Part shown: one piece after another, positions 36,091 to 48,898 of the stretch | Layout: each line of letters starts with the position of its first letter | Numbering within the stretch: position 1 is the first letter of the stretch | Assembly: GCF_964355755.1 (NCBI RefSeq) | Contig: NC_092677.1 | Span: 28,197,175-28,261,174 of the forward strand | Length of the DNA stretch: 64,000 bases | Source of the DNA: Antedon mediterranea | Taxonomy: Eukaryota; Animalia; Echinodermata | Reading direction: 5' to 3' | Program-made: the position numbers and the translations under genes | The notes under the pieces: generated by a model | Told to the model about the DNA's origin: nothing | The model's database searches: none | What the model saw: only the letters and a program-made list of their open reading frames with translations

Positions 36091-38762
36091 TTATGTTTTT
36101 GTGGCAGGATTACTAGCACCACAGTAGTATTTGCGATGTGCAATGAACGTAGATAAGTTATTGAAATGAAGATCACACGTACGACACAGTTTAGCATTGC
36201 TTTTGTTGTTCTTCTTTAATTTGTTTGTGTCTTCTTCTGGCGAACCGTTTATCTGTTCTGGCGAATAAATTTTTTCTACTTTAGTCACTACATCAGTCAT
36301 ATTTGTGGAAGCTGCATCGTCGGACTTATTTTCACGAGTGGAATTACCATCTCTACTGTGATCATTGTCAATGTGGGTTTCATGATTTTCGTTATCTGAG
36401 TAACTTTTTGACAATTTTAAATCTTTCTGATCTTTGTAACCAGTTTGAACATTTAATATTTTTCGGTTATGAGAAGAATCAGCGTCTGGGTCAGGTTTGA
36501 TGTTCTTTATGACAGACTGTCTGGTTTGACTTTGTGATAAATCCAGTTCTCTACATGTTTCTATCTGTTTAGTTTTCCTATCGTTGACTTCTTCAACTTT
36601 AGCTTGTTTGGCATAAACCGCGTGTGGTGTAGTTGATTTGCGACGTTTTGCACCTTCCCGTGTTATTTTGAGAGGTTGTGGGATGGCAACATGTCCTTTA
36701 CTTTCAGCTTGGAGACAGTTGGACGAATCTAATAACAAACCAGGATGATTTACAAAATGTTCTTGAAGTTGGCTAATATTGCTGCCAACAAATGGACAAG
36801 CAGGACATACACATGAAACACAGTTATGGTTTTTCAAATCAGAAAACCCTGTAAAGGTGTTTTGGCAAATATTGCATATAATAGTGTCGTTTTCATTAGT
36901 CTTATCGTCATTATTATTATCTGTATCTTGTTGGCCAATTGCTGTATTCAATACCGGTGAAGTAGATGCCATACTGCGATATGAACAATAGTTTTCCTTA
37001 TGAGCTACGTAGATGTCATAATTTCTGAATATAGCTCCACAAACACAGTAGATTTTTCTCTGTCCAATCCCACCAGTTGATAAAGTAGATTGTGTGTCTT
37101 TGGATGTAATCATAGTGTCATTATAAGGAGTTGTTTGGCATTTTAGCACCAAAGATTTCTGTTGTCCATCTTCTGCAGAATCTGCTGGTATTCCAAGCTC
37201 TGATGATATCGGACTTGTTGCACTGCCAGGAGAGCCTCTATCTGCTTGTCGTGGACTTGACAGTGTGTGTGCACACTGCCCTCTTGTGCCTGTAAATGTT
37301 GAAGAGATTGGTGTGCCATTAGGTGGTGATGAACAGAGTTCTTCTGCACTTGAAGGAGACGACTTTGGTCTTTGTAATTCACTGTGAATTGAGCCTACTG
37401 GGGAAACCTTACCACACACATCATCTTTTTCTGTTATCAGTCCTGGGGAATCTGGAGACTGGGATGAGTTCCTACTTGAAGTGCCATTTCTTGGAGAACT
37501 TCTCAATGGTGAAGCTCTTTGTGGTGACGGCTGATGTCTTGTTGCACAATAATATTGTTTATGGACTTTCAAAGATTCGTGTTTGTGGAATAATATATCG
37601 CACTCAATACATCTGTATCCCAGCACAATTGCTCTTGGAGGAGGAGTTTGTACATTTAGACTTGTTGGCCTTACTAATGTTATAGCTGTACTTGATAATT
37701 CGTTAGTGGTAGATGGACACTTTTTAACACTCAAATCAAGAGGTTTTTCCTGCGAAACTATTGAGTTCTCTTGCTCTTTTTCTATTTTATCATGATGACC
37801 AGAATCTGGGGACTTTGAAGTCGGCCTTGAAAGACACAGCATCGGCAAAGGACTTGGCCCACTCTGCGCAATTGAGATAACTTTGGGAGTTGTTTCTGGT
37901 TCTGGAGAAGTGTTAAATCTTGATCTTTTTGTAATTGGTTGTTCTTCATCACTTGTACTGGCTCTTTGTCTTTTCTGAAGCTTAGCAATATACAAATCAT
38001 TAGCAAATTGTCGGTTTGCGCAGTAGTATGTTTTATGAGCTGTGAAATTACGAATAGATTTGAATGTAATATTGCATTCCGAACATGACAGTACACTTGG
38101 GGGCGGCACACCCACTAATGAGCTGGTTTTAGTCGTACTTGATACAGCATCTTCTGACATTTTATCTTTGATATTTATTTGGTGTTCAGGACTCTTGTTT
38201 ACATTACGACATTCATGATGGTCAAAATTGACTTCGCTGTTTGTTTTAAAAGCGCAAGTTTTACATTGTAAAACATTCTTGGTGTTACTTGACGAACATG
38301 AATCTGAGTTCACACTATCTTGAACCATGTGAATGTTACTAACGGTATTGTTAGATAGTTCTGTTTTGTTAGATAGTTCTGTTTTGTTAGTGTCCTTGTC
38401 CGTTATGTCCATTGGTTTTGTTGCAGAACTGTACACAAGTACGTGTTGTTGAAACATGTGAGCTGTTAATGTTTGAACATTACTTGCAATATACGTACAG
38501 AATTTACACAGATTTGATTCAGGTTCACCGTGTAACTTAATCATATGCGTTTCACAGTTGCTATGGTTACTGAACGTTGATCGGCAAAGTTGGCAAACAA
38601 ATTCTGTAGTATTTTCATTTGGTTTTTGCAGTATGTCTGTATGTCCTTGTGGAGAAACATCAGCTTTCTGGCAATAATGCTGTATATGTACTTGTAAGTT
38701 GGCTGGGTTACGAAAGTGGATATGGCAAAAATGGCAGACACAGACTCGTTGCTTCAAACCAA
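36091..38762 (-). CDS. ZFPM: Friend-of-GATA (ZFPM/U-shaped-like) zinc finger protein, large terminal exon
   Basis: Five FOG-type CCHC fingers (e.g. CSECNITFKSIRNFTAHKTYYC, CIECDILFHKHESLKVHKQYYC, CRTCDLHFNNLSTFIAHRKYYC), plus C2H2 and degenerate fingers (~10 total). CtBP-binding PLDLS. Acceptor TTTTCAG|TT, phase 1. Confidence 0.93.
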
Positions 38763-39113
38763 CTGAAAACAAAGAAATCGATTGGTCAAACTTTTAATCG
38801 ATATACTATTATTACTATATTTTCAAATTAAAACTTCATCAGATTTTTTATGTTACAATGTTTAATAACAAACTGTTTCAAAAACAGCTTGAATAAAATC
38901 AAATGACAAGGACACTAACATGTGAATAAAAAAAGTTGGGTGAATGGAACATTGGAGCACAGCTGTGCTTTATTCAAATCAAATGTGGTCTAGCTCAACA
39001 TGATAGACCCTCTGTGCATGAAGTTTGTCTTTTGGCAGCTGTAAAATCGAATCAATGAATGCACCAGAATAATGTAAATATGAGTACATTTAATGTAATG
39101 GAATGTAAACTTA

Positions 39114-39274
39114 AGCTCCATCTAAACTTTATGTGACAAAACAATATGATGTGCCCATACTGTATATGGACATGATGATGTCATATCACTACCATATTTG
39201 TGCATATCACTACCATATTTGTGCATATCACTACCATATTACTACCATATTAGTTTGATAGTGTAGACAGAGCT
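39114..39274. mobile_element. PIF/Harbinger-like MITE copy, 17 bp from a FOG splice donor
   Basis: TTA TSDs at 39111-39113 and 39275-39277; right TIR GTTTGATAGTGTAGACAGAGCT; same family as 20931. Confidence 0.8.
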
Positions 39275-39291
39275 TTAATTTGTACACCAAC

Positions 39292-39390
39292 CTAATTGGT
39301 TTGCGTCTTGCATTTTGATAGGTTCATACATTGCTGTCAGTGGCTGGCCTTCTTCTATGTTTTTTACCGCCTCACACCAAAGTCTTTTAT
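39292..39390 (-). CDS. ZFPM: FOG/ZFPM exon, PR domain C-terminal part
   Basis: AG/GT bounded, phase 1-1. DKRLWCEAVKNIEEGQPLTAMYEPIKMQDANQL resembles the FOG PR motif LWC-x5-I-x-EG-x2-L-x-A. Confidence 0.85.
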
Positions 39391-41000
39391 CTTTAAATAG
39401 AAAAATAACAAAATTATAATTGGCTGCTTTTTAAATTATTTAATTATGTATGGTTGGTCCTCCAAGTTGAGACCTAGGATGTTTGTAACATTCTATTTTT
39501 TTTAAAGTAATGATTTGAGAGTAGGCCTATAATGTGAACATAGTAAGTTGAATTTTTTTTAAATTAATTATTGGCCATCTGAAAGGAAGTACATATTCCA
39601 ATTTATTGAAATTTAATGCAAACATTTCCAACCTTCAAAATTATAGGATTATTGATAGACATTGGAATTTACATTTTACTGCCTTGAAATTAGCAAATTG
39701 TATAATTATTAAGACCAAAGATAAACAAGCTACAATATTGGACTGTCAGAATATAATTAAAGGGCAATAGACACACAGGCTGTACCACAAAACATATTAA
39801 TAATTTTACATTAATGTTTTTTTTGTAGTGAACAGTATAGAGAAGTTTTATATAGCATTTTTGTTTTTGCTATATAGGCCTAACATTTTTGTTTTTGCTA
39901 TATAACATTTTTTAACCATTATTTTTACATGATTAAACAGAAGTTGTTATGAAGTGAATATTAATACATGCTTTGAAGTAGCAGAGGTCAAATAAACTTC
40001 CCAAAAGTGAGGTCCAACTGAGTTAACAAAGGATAAATATTCTGGCATTCCTTACTCAAACTGTATAAACATATTCTTTTATTAAACATACAAGTGATGA
40101 GAGACACCTACGGCTCACAAGTTTTTAAGTTCAAAGTATAAACAGCGACCGACATATAATATACACATCTTTAGATCAAATCTATCACCTTAGATCACAC
40201 AGCCACCATTGAACAGGTGCGTCTAATATATTTAACCTCAGATTAAAATGATTTTTACACTATTTTTATGAAGAGTTTAAAATAACAAAATAAATACAAC
40301 AAAACAACATGAATTTGCTTTCACACATTCATACTGTTACATGTCGTACATGTTGGAGTCTATTACACACAGCGGGATTCCTACATACGACTTTTTGACA
40401 TTTATTTTCGGTTCTGTTTAGGAATAATGTGTAATCATAATCAAAGATCTTATCTACATCAATGTGAGATTATATCAGAAATCCATTAGGAACATTATAA
40501 TACCTCCACGAAGAATGTGTAAAAAGCTCAATCAAACCTTATTGGAACTTGGGAAACAGCTGTCTTTGGTTGTCAATACATTGTCCATTTAATATCAGTA
40601 TTTAAGGGGGGTCTCTATCTCTGTTTATTTATGATTTTTAACAAATAATCTCGTTGGCTTTCGCACATTAACATTGCACTACAATCAAAATCCTTGAGGT
40701 ATACTGTTGGATAGTGATGTTCGGTTTAGAGGGAATTGACTGAAGGCTATACGCCAGTATCTGCCAGTCAATTAAAATCACAAGAGGGAAGCAGACAAGT
40801 AGAATGTACGACGACGATTTTGTATAAGGCTTTTATTGTTTACTGTATTGTATGGAGTGAGTGCAGAATCTGTTTGGGACTTGTCCTATTATCACACCTG
40901 GTTATTTTTCATTGTCGACCAAATAAATATTACCATTATTATGTCATCAGCATCAGTAAGTACAAAATGTTAAAAAAAGATGTGATTTATGATTGTGTAC

Positions 41001-41130
41001 CTTCGTTGTAAATCATTAAATTAAATTGTCCACTTGATGAAGACTGTAACTGGGCCAACCATGCCTGATTTGCTGGTGTTTTAGATTTGTCCAACGTCAA
41101 TCTGTAATCTTCACCCTTTTGATCAACAAA
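41001..41130 (-). CDS. ZFPM: FOG/ZFPM exon, PR domain middle part
   Basis: TTACAG|...GAAG|GTACAC, phase 0-1. FVDQKGEDYRLTLDKSKTPANQAWLAQLQSSSSGQFNLMIYNE has the PR-type WL...NL-x-IY and is in frame with both neighbours. Confidence 0.85.
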
Positions 41131-41174
41131 CTGTAACAAACAAAATAAAAAAAACTTTATGTTTTTTGTTTTCA

Positions 41175-42036
41175 TTATTATTACTGTACCATTATTTAAG
41201 CTTCTTCTTAATATTATTACTGTACCATTATTTAAGCTTCTTCTTAATATTATTACTGTACCATTATTTAAGCTTCTTCTTAATATTATTACTGTACCAT
41301 TATTTAAGCTTCTTCTTAATATTATTACTGTACCATTATTTAAGCTTCTTCTTAATATTATTACTGTACCATTATTTAAGCTTCTTCTTAATATTACTGT
41401 ACCATTATTTAAGCTTCTTCTTAATATTATTACTGTACCATTATTTAAGCTTCTTCTTAATATTATTACTGTACCATTATTTAAGCTTCTTCTTAATATT
41501 ATTACTGTACCATTATTTAAGCTTCTTCTTAATATTACTGTACCATTATTTAAGCTTCTTCTTAATATTATTACTGTACCATTATTTAAGCTTCTTCTTA
41601 ATATTATTACTGTACCATTATTTAAGCTTCTTCTTAATATTATTACTGTACCATTATTTAAGCTTCTTCTTAATATTATTACTGTACCATTATTTAAGCT
41701 TCTTCTTAATATTACTGTACCATTATTTAAGCTTCTTCTTAATATTATTACTGTACCATTATTTAAGCTTCTTCTTAATATTATTACTGTACCATTATTT
41801 AAGCTTCTTCTTAATATTATTACTGTACCATTATTTAAGCTTCTTCTTAATATTATTACTGTACCATTATTTAAGCTTCTTCTTAATATTATTACTGTAC
41901 CATTATTTAAGCTTCTTCTTAATATTATTACTGTACCATTATTTAAGCTTCTTCTTAATATTATTACTGTACCATTATTTAAGCTTCTTCTTAATATTAT
42001 TACTGTACCATTATTTAAGCTTCTTCTTAATACTGT
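41175..42036. repeat. Highly homogeneous 36-bp minisatellite x ~24 (three 33-bp variants)
   Basis: Unit ATTATTACTGTACCATTATTTAAGCTTCTTCTTAAT; intronic; source of ORFs 41159..42100 and 41166..42047. Confidence 0.97.
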
Positions 42037-42570
42037 CTATATTTTGACCCAATTTACAAATTGGTTTCATGCTTTTATAAATGGATTGACTAATTTATAG
42101 GCAGGAAATAGATAATTTAGGCTCACACCCAAAATCAGACGTACCGTATCTACTGTATTATACGCATAGCAACACAAAGTTCATGAACCTTGCATCTTTT
42201 ATTAATTAGTAATGCCGTTCATTGCCCCAGTATTTTGTATCATTATCCCAGGAAACGCAGCTAATTATACCCGCCTTCGCCACATAATCTTTTTATCTAT
42301 AATCAGATTATTAATATTTTGTCTTTAATATATTATTATTACCGGTAAGGGTCAGATGAATTAGGTCACAACTAATATTAAAATACACACAGTAAAAGTG
42401 TTAGTATTAGCTAGACTTTATAATTGCTTGTTTAAAACTTTAATCTCATGGCATTATATTCAGTTCTGATAACTTGAGAAAACATCAATGTCGCCCTCTA
42501 TAATTATAAAACTTTTTTTAATATACCTGTAGTACAGTAATTGCTATTTAAAAATAGTCCCATACCATAC

Positions 42571-42682
42571 CTGTGATTCCTCTTTTGTGGCTTTTGTTAT
42601 ATTTCCATGAAATGGCCCAAATTTTGTTCCCTGTTTAATGAATCCAGATGCCGTCAGCCTCGGATTTTCCATTCCAATGTAA
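42571..42682 (-). CDS. ZFPM: FOG/ZFPM exon, PR domain N-terminal part (may contain the start codon)
   Basis: TTTTATAG|...CACAG|GTATGG. YIGMENPRLTASGFIKQGTKFGPFHGNITKATKEESQ contains the PR/SET GT-x-FGPF-x-G motif. Confidence 0.85.
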
Positions 42683-43567
42683 CTATAAAATAAAACAGAA
42701 ACAAATTCTGTGTTATTAATTTTGAAAATGGTAAAAACTGTGAAATAATTTATATACAGTACCTTTAAGATTAGAAGAGACTAATAATTAACACCCAAGA
42801 TTGTTGATAACAATATTTCAAAATTAAAGTTTTTTATTTACGATCAAAAACAAAACAGTTATAATCTCATCTCAGTTTCTATGTATTGGTTTAAATCTAT
42901 GTTGGCCTTAATAGCACAACAGTAGCCTTGATATACAATTCATTACTTCCCTTTAAAATCTTTTCATCTAGTTTGCTTGTCAAAAGATTTGACAAAAATC
43001 AGAACTTATGAACTTGGATGGTGGACAGGAAGGAGTTAGCGTACAAATAGCCTGTATCAGGGCAGCTCTCTGATATTGCTAATTATAGTAGATCACGTTG
43101 ATCGACAGATCAACCTACTAGCTACTGTATTCCCATAAATTCCAGTATTTTAAAGAATTTTTTTTTCATTTAACTTAAAAATTAAAATTCAAAACATTTT
43201 TTAAGAATCCATCATACAACTTAACACAGTGTAAGTAAAACAAATTGAACTTCTCAACAATTAAGTTTAAAATCTAACTACTACAGTGTGTGCAACAAAA
43301 TGTGTAGCGAAGAAAAAGAATTATAAAAGTTGTAACAATTGTGTAAAAAAGAAGAAAAATATAACAACCACCGTGATGGCATGTTTTTACAAATCAGTAT
43401 AGTATACCTATTAACATTTTCTAAATAAACATAGAAGCACCTAAGATATAATACTGCAGTTTATATAGAAAAACCAAACAAAAACCGACACCTTCAAAAA
43501 CCCAGCCTGACCAGCCCCACCTAAATGTTGAGACATTAGATTTACTTCATTTTATGCTTTTTAGGCC

Positions 43568-43876
43568 TTGGACCCACCTACACAGTAAATTCAGGTTGGA
43601 CCCACCTACACAGTAAATCCAGGTTGGACCCACCTACGCAGTAAATCCAGGTTGGACCCACCTACACAGTAAATCCAGGTTGGACCCACCTACACAGTAA
43701 ATCCAGGTTGGACCCACCTACGCAGTAAATTCAGGTTGGACCCACCTACGCAGTAAATCCAGGTTGGACCCACTACACAGTAAATCCAGGTTGGACCCAC
43801 CTACACAGTAAATCCAGGTTGGACCCACCTACACAGTAAATCCAGGTTGGACCCACCTACACAGTAAATCCAGGTT
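43568..43876. repeat. 28-bp minisatellite x ~11
   Basis: Unit GGACCCACCTACACAGTAAATCCAGGTT. Confidence 0.95.
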
Positions 43877-45863
43877 CCACTGGTTAATAAACCCGATAGA
43901 TAACAACTAATAAAAATACATTTTTATATAAAATTGCGAAAAAAGTTAATGTGTTGTTCCGACGACATAGCCTACCTTTCCTGTCATGTGATCGAGGTTG
44001 ATGGTCGAAATGCTAAACAAAGACTAGATAATCTTAAGAGTTTGATTATGCTTCTTAAAGATAACCAAATTTTAGTTGATTGCAATCAAAGCTGTCTGAG
44101 GAACAAGACTGCAAGTCTGTAGCTAAAGCAGATGGGGTTTCAGCTGATAAGGGTTTTTAACTTGGACTGAAGGATGTTTATTTGATAGGTCACAGAATTA
44201 CAGGATGCCATAGATCTATATGATAACAAACTCTGCCCTGAATTAATTCATCCATAACATCTTTGCTTAACTCAATTTTATGCTTGGTAATGTAATTTGA
44301 CAAGTTAAAATCTGCCACACCAAATTGGTTCCATGTGATTATGTAAAAAAAATAACATTGGTAGGATTTGACCATTTTTGTTCAAAATGCAATTAAATTA
44401 TAGATTTTAAAAAGATTTTTGTGCTTAAAATATTTAAAAAGAAAGAATTATTGGAAAACCTAAAACTACAAATGTACCTTTCGAAAGGTGCATTTTAATG
44501 AATAACACTTTTTTATATGAAAATGATTAAATTTAAAAGTGAGGACAGTCCAGCATTAACAGGTTAAAACATGCAGAAAAAAGTTTTCCTTGATACAAGA
44601 GCATGAGGAACTAAAATTAGAGGAAACGTTGTAATTCCCCTTAAACAAGTTACTAATACTTTTTTTTTCGTAATTCTCTAATTATTTGGAATTTATATCT
44701 AAAAGATAAACTATCTATGTGCAAACATACTTTAAATTATTCAATTAATTTATTAATAAAATTTATCATTTATAGTGAAATATTGAGATATTTGATAACA
44801 TTTTGAATGACACTTAGCTATGAAAACATCTATCAAATCTTAATTATAATTTGATTCTAGCAACACTAATTATTGTAAATATAGGATAAAAGAGCAAGTT
44901 GTAGTTAGAAGCTTTGCTTGCCAAACTACTTACAATTTAATCGTAAAAGTGTGTTTATGAAAGGTCAACTATCAACATAGATTTCAGTCTGTGTATAATT
45001 TTTTTTATACGTCTGAAGTTCTTCCCCTCAACAGACATTTAGACTACACCCATCCTTTACACACACTGTACGGACAAACATACATAGCGTTCGCTATCAC
45101 TGAAAGAAACGCGTGTGTTAATTCCAGCACCAGTCGCGTCAACTCTAAGGAATTGTATCACCTTATTTCTTATGGTACTAATCTCTTACTACCGTACCTT
45201 GCAATGTTCCTTGATTTACATAAACAAAGAATATGAACATTGGTACAAGTAAAGGCAGGTTAAACAGGTATTGCTCAGATCGCCCCCATTTTAATCTTTT
45301 TGTAGTTGTGGTGATTTTAATTTAATATTTACATTAGTATTTAAATTAATCAAACATACATTTAAAGTGGATAGGAAGTGTCTGTCTGAAGTTGCCATTT
45401 TCTTCAGTTTTGTGCTGGCCAGTCTAATATACAATTACATTCAGTTTTTACAACATCTAAAATGAATACATCAAAATTTATGATTGATATAAAAATCAAA
45501 GTTGCCGTTGTTTGTTATTGTTAAATCTACTTATAACAAAAGTGATAGAAATTGAGTTTCCATGACTTGTGTATGAGCAGTCTAAGGTACGCTATATTAA
45601 GGGTATGTCTATTCTGGGTTTACTTGTGCTTATCACTGCTGTTACAACAATGGCATTAAAACAAACACAGTATCAGTCCAGGGAGACCTCCCTGATCAGT
45701 CAGTGTTGGGTGTACCCACTCCATGTGTACCCAGTATTACTATTAATTTTATTACTCTTATTATTATGGTTGGGACCATGCGCATTTGAATGTTTCACAT
45801 TCTCTACTCAAACAGCTTTATGTGATCACATTAAAAAATGTGTTTTCATACTTCATGATGCGA

Positions 45864-46045
45864 TTTTATGCTACATTAATGTGATTGTATACTACATAAT
45901 TTGATTGTAATGTATGCTAAATAATGTGATTTTATGCTACATTAATGTGATTGTATGGCACATTAATGTGATTGTATGCTACTGTACATAATTTGATTGT
46001 ATGCTACATTAATGTGATTGTATGCTACATTAATGTGATTGTACA
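45864..46045. repeat. Degenerate ~21-bp tandem repeat (ATGCTACATTAATGTGATTGT)
   Basis: Direct inspection. Confidence 0.75.
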
Positions 46046-46942
46046 TTTAAATATAATTTAATGTTAAAATGCTTACAAATGCTACAGACTTTATCAAAAG
46101 TGCACATTTATATATTTCTTTCTCATCTAAATATAGTTCAACAAAAACAACAAAACAGAAACTAATCCCAGAATCTGATGGAAGTGTGATAACGCTGCTG
46201 ATGACAAACATAAAGGTAACAATGTATTTAGCGCTATAAATCTATATTGTTACTATTTCATTTTATTATCTTTATCAATTTGATGAAGTCAACAATTGTT
46301 TTATAAAATTTCAAGTGGATAAAAAACATCTAGTGTACAGTAGTGATAACAACACATGGATATCAATAATAAAATCTTTCATAACCCATAAATTAAATTC
46401 TAAATAAATTGTTTATGAAAACTGGTTAAAATTCATTATGCAGATTAAAAATGTTATATGTTCAGTCAGGAGGCTTAAAAACAAGTAATTTTTGGTGGAA
46501 ATGGTTGAAAATTGTAAATTGTAATTTATGTACCATACTTTATTTAAAAGCTCTTCCAAGATTATTTTATTTGTTTAAATAACAGATAAAAAACTATCTG
46601 AAAAGCGTAGAACGAAGCTGTACTTAGTCGTCTCAATCTTTTAATACACAGTAGCACTTTACAACATTAACAACTTAGACTATTTCCTATCAATAATAGC
46701 ATAATTATTGACTCAATACAACGTATTCTACAGTAGAGTATTAAGGAAATAGGCACATCCTACACTTCGTGAGTTCTACTGAAATATTTATACATGCACT
46801 GCACTGTTTTAAAAACACTCTACACCTTCACTCTGTATTTAAAGTGATCCATATCACACAAGAGAGATTCTTGAACCACTTACCCTTTATTTAAAATACT
46901 TTTTAATTGACATTTGTGATGAGGATACATACTATACACCCC

Positions 46943-47013
46943 AAAGCTCTGTCTAATTACTCCACCAAGCTCTGTCTAATTACTCCACCAAGCTCTGTCT
47001 AATTACTCCACCA
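46943..47013. repeat. 23-bp tandem repeat x3 (CAAGCTCTGTCTAATTACTCCAC)
   Basis: Direct inspection. Confidence 0.85.
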
Positions 47014-48224
47014 TGCCCTAAGTAAAAGGCATAGTTTTTCAATTGTATACTTCCTAAAATGGATCTATTGCTAAGAAGGAAGTTATTGATTTAGATATTA
47101 ACATACAACAATACAGGTAGAAAAAGATTAATTAAATTTGCTGGTACTGTTACAAATTGTTCTGCAATTTAGTTATTTTCTCTTTTTTTTGGTATTATTG
47201 AGACGGGATGTTGGCCGATACTTACAATTAGTCATTTAATTTATTTATTCGACACAATCAGTCGAGGGGTTGCGACAGCAACAATGCGGCATAACACGTG
47301 AGTGTCCGCAACCCTAAATATAAATTACAATTATTATTTTCTGAAAGTTGTTTAGATACAGAAGGTACAGTGAGATGACAGAAGGAATTAAATTTAAAAA
47401 TCAGATAATGACTCGGCATATCGACTGCTGGCTACTAAATGCTACTAAACACTTGTCTGTACTTTGAATCTTCAAACTACATGTCTTTAATGGCTAACAC
47501 CCTTATTCAGGAAATCAACAAATTCACATTTCCGAAACCCATGCCATCTAAATAGGTCAGTCAACTCAACTAATGTCAGCCTTGTATGTTTCATTATATA
47601 CAGTAGGCCTCCTAACATTATCAGAATCAATAATAATACCACAGCCAAAAATTGTTTTAAAAAACTCTTCCTAAATCTTTATTTAAAATTAATAACATTT
47701 GGAAAACATGAATTCAAACATTGGTAAACGTGGTGGTGGTACTGCAATAAGCAATGAAACTTATTTATTATACAGTAGTACAGTAATAAGTAAGTCCACC
47801 CAAATTAAACCTGTACACCACCAGATATAAAACATAAAAATAGATTTTCAAAAGTGAAATTTAAAACCAAAAATAGATTTTTATAAGATATGGATGATTA
47901 TTGTTTTTCTTTAGCCATTGATAGCCATTGATAAATGCAGTTGTTACTCACAAAGTCAATGTTTAAAATCAGGCTGTGATTTGTATATTGTATGTGAGTG
48001 CATAATTGTATGCGTTGTATTTGTATATTTATACGGTACCGTTCTTATTTTGTTTGAATTATTATTATTATTTTAGGGGTCAGTGTGAGACAAGTTTTAC
48101 TTCTAATTTTGATCCCCAAGATGGTCTTATATTAATTGTTGATTATTGTAATATTGTTTGTTATTTATTACTCCATGTATATTGTGACCATCTTAAATAA
48201 ATGTTATTGAAACTACTAACTGCT

Positions 48225-48898
48225 AATGTTTTGAATTGAATGCTTTGAATTGAATGTTTTTAATGAAATGTTTTGAATTGAATGTTTTGAATTGAATGTT
48301 TTGAATAAAATGTTTTGAATAAAATGTTTTGAACGAAATGTTTTGAACAAAATGTTTTTAATGAAATGTTTTGAATGAAATGTTTGAATTGAATTGAAAA
48401 GTCAAACTATTGGCGGCGTATGTCATTCCCGCTCGCGATTTTTTCTCAACCTCTTAGGCCTAAGTCTGGGTACCCTCATCTCCTTTCCACACTGTCATCA
48501 ATATGGATCCTTTACAGAGAATCCTAACAGACCTGAAACAGTGGAATACATATTTCCAAACCCAGGTCTGTTAGGATTCTCTGTAAAGGCAGCGTGGAAA
48601 GGAGATGAGGGTACCCAGGCTTAGGCCTAAGAGGTTGAGAAAAAAATCGCGAGCGGGAATGACATGCGCCACCAATAGTTTGACTTTTCAATTCAATTCA
48701 AACATTTCATTCAAAACATTTCATATAAAACATTTCATTCAAAACATTGCATTCAAAACATTTCATTCAATTCAAAGCATTCAATTCAAAACATTTCATT
48801 CATATATCGCGCCATTCAATTCATATCGATGCATTTCATTCACATATCGCGTCATACAATTCATATCATCGAAATGTTGCGTAAACGGCGTTCCATAG
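48225..48898. mobile_element. Foldback-type palindromic non-autonomous element
   Basis: Long inverted arms: TTGAATGTTT-type repeats, then AAAAGTCAAACTATTGG...CTCTTAGGCCTAAG-CTGGGTACCCTCATCTCCTTTCCAC, then CCTTTACAGAGAATCCTAACAGACCTG, around a ~26-bp spacer (48537-48562). Confidence 0.8.

Noticed and set aside
41159-42100. 36-bp repeats as a CRISPR array or a 300-aa membrane protein
   Set aside because: Units are contiguous with no unique spacers, there are no cas genes, and the array lies in a eukaryotic intron.
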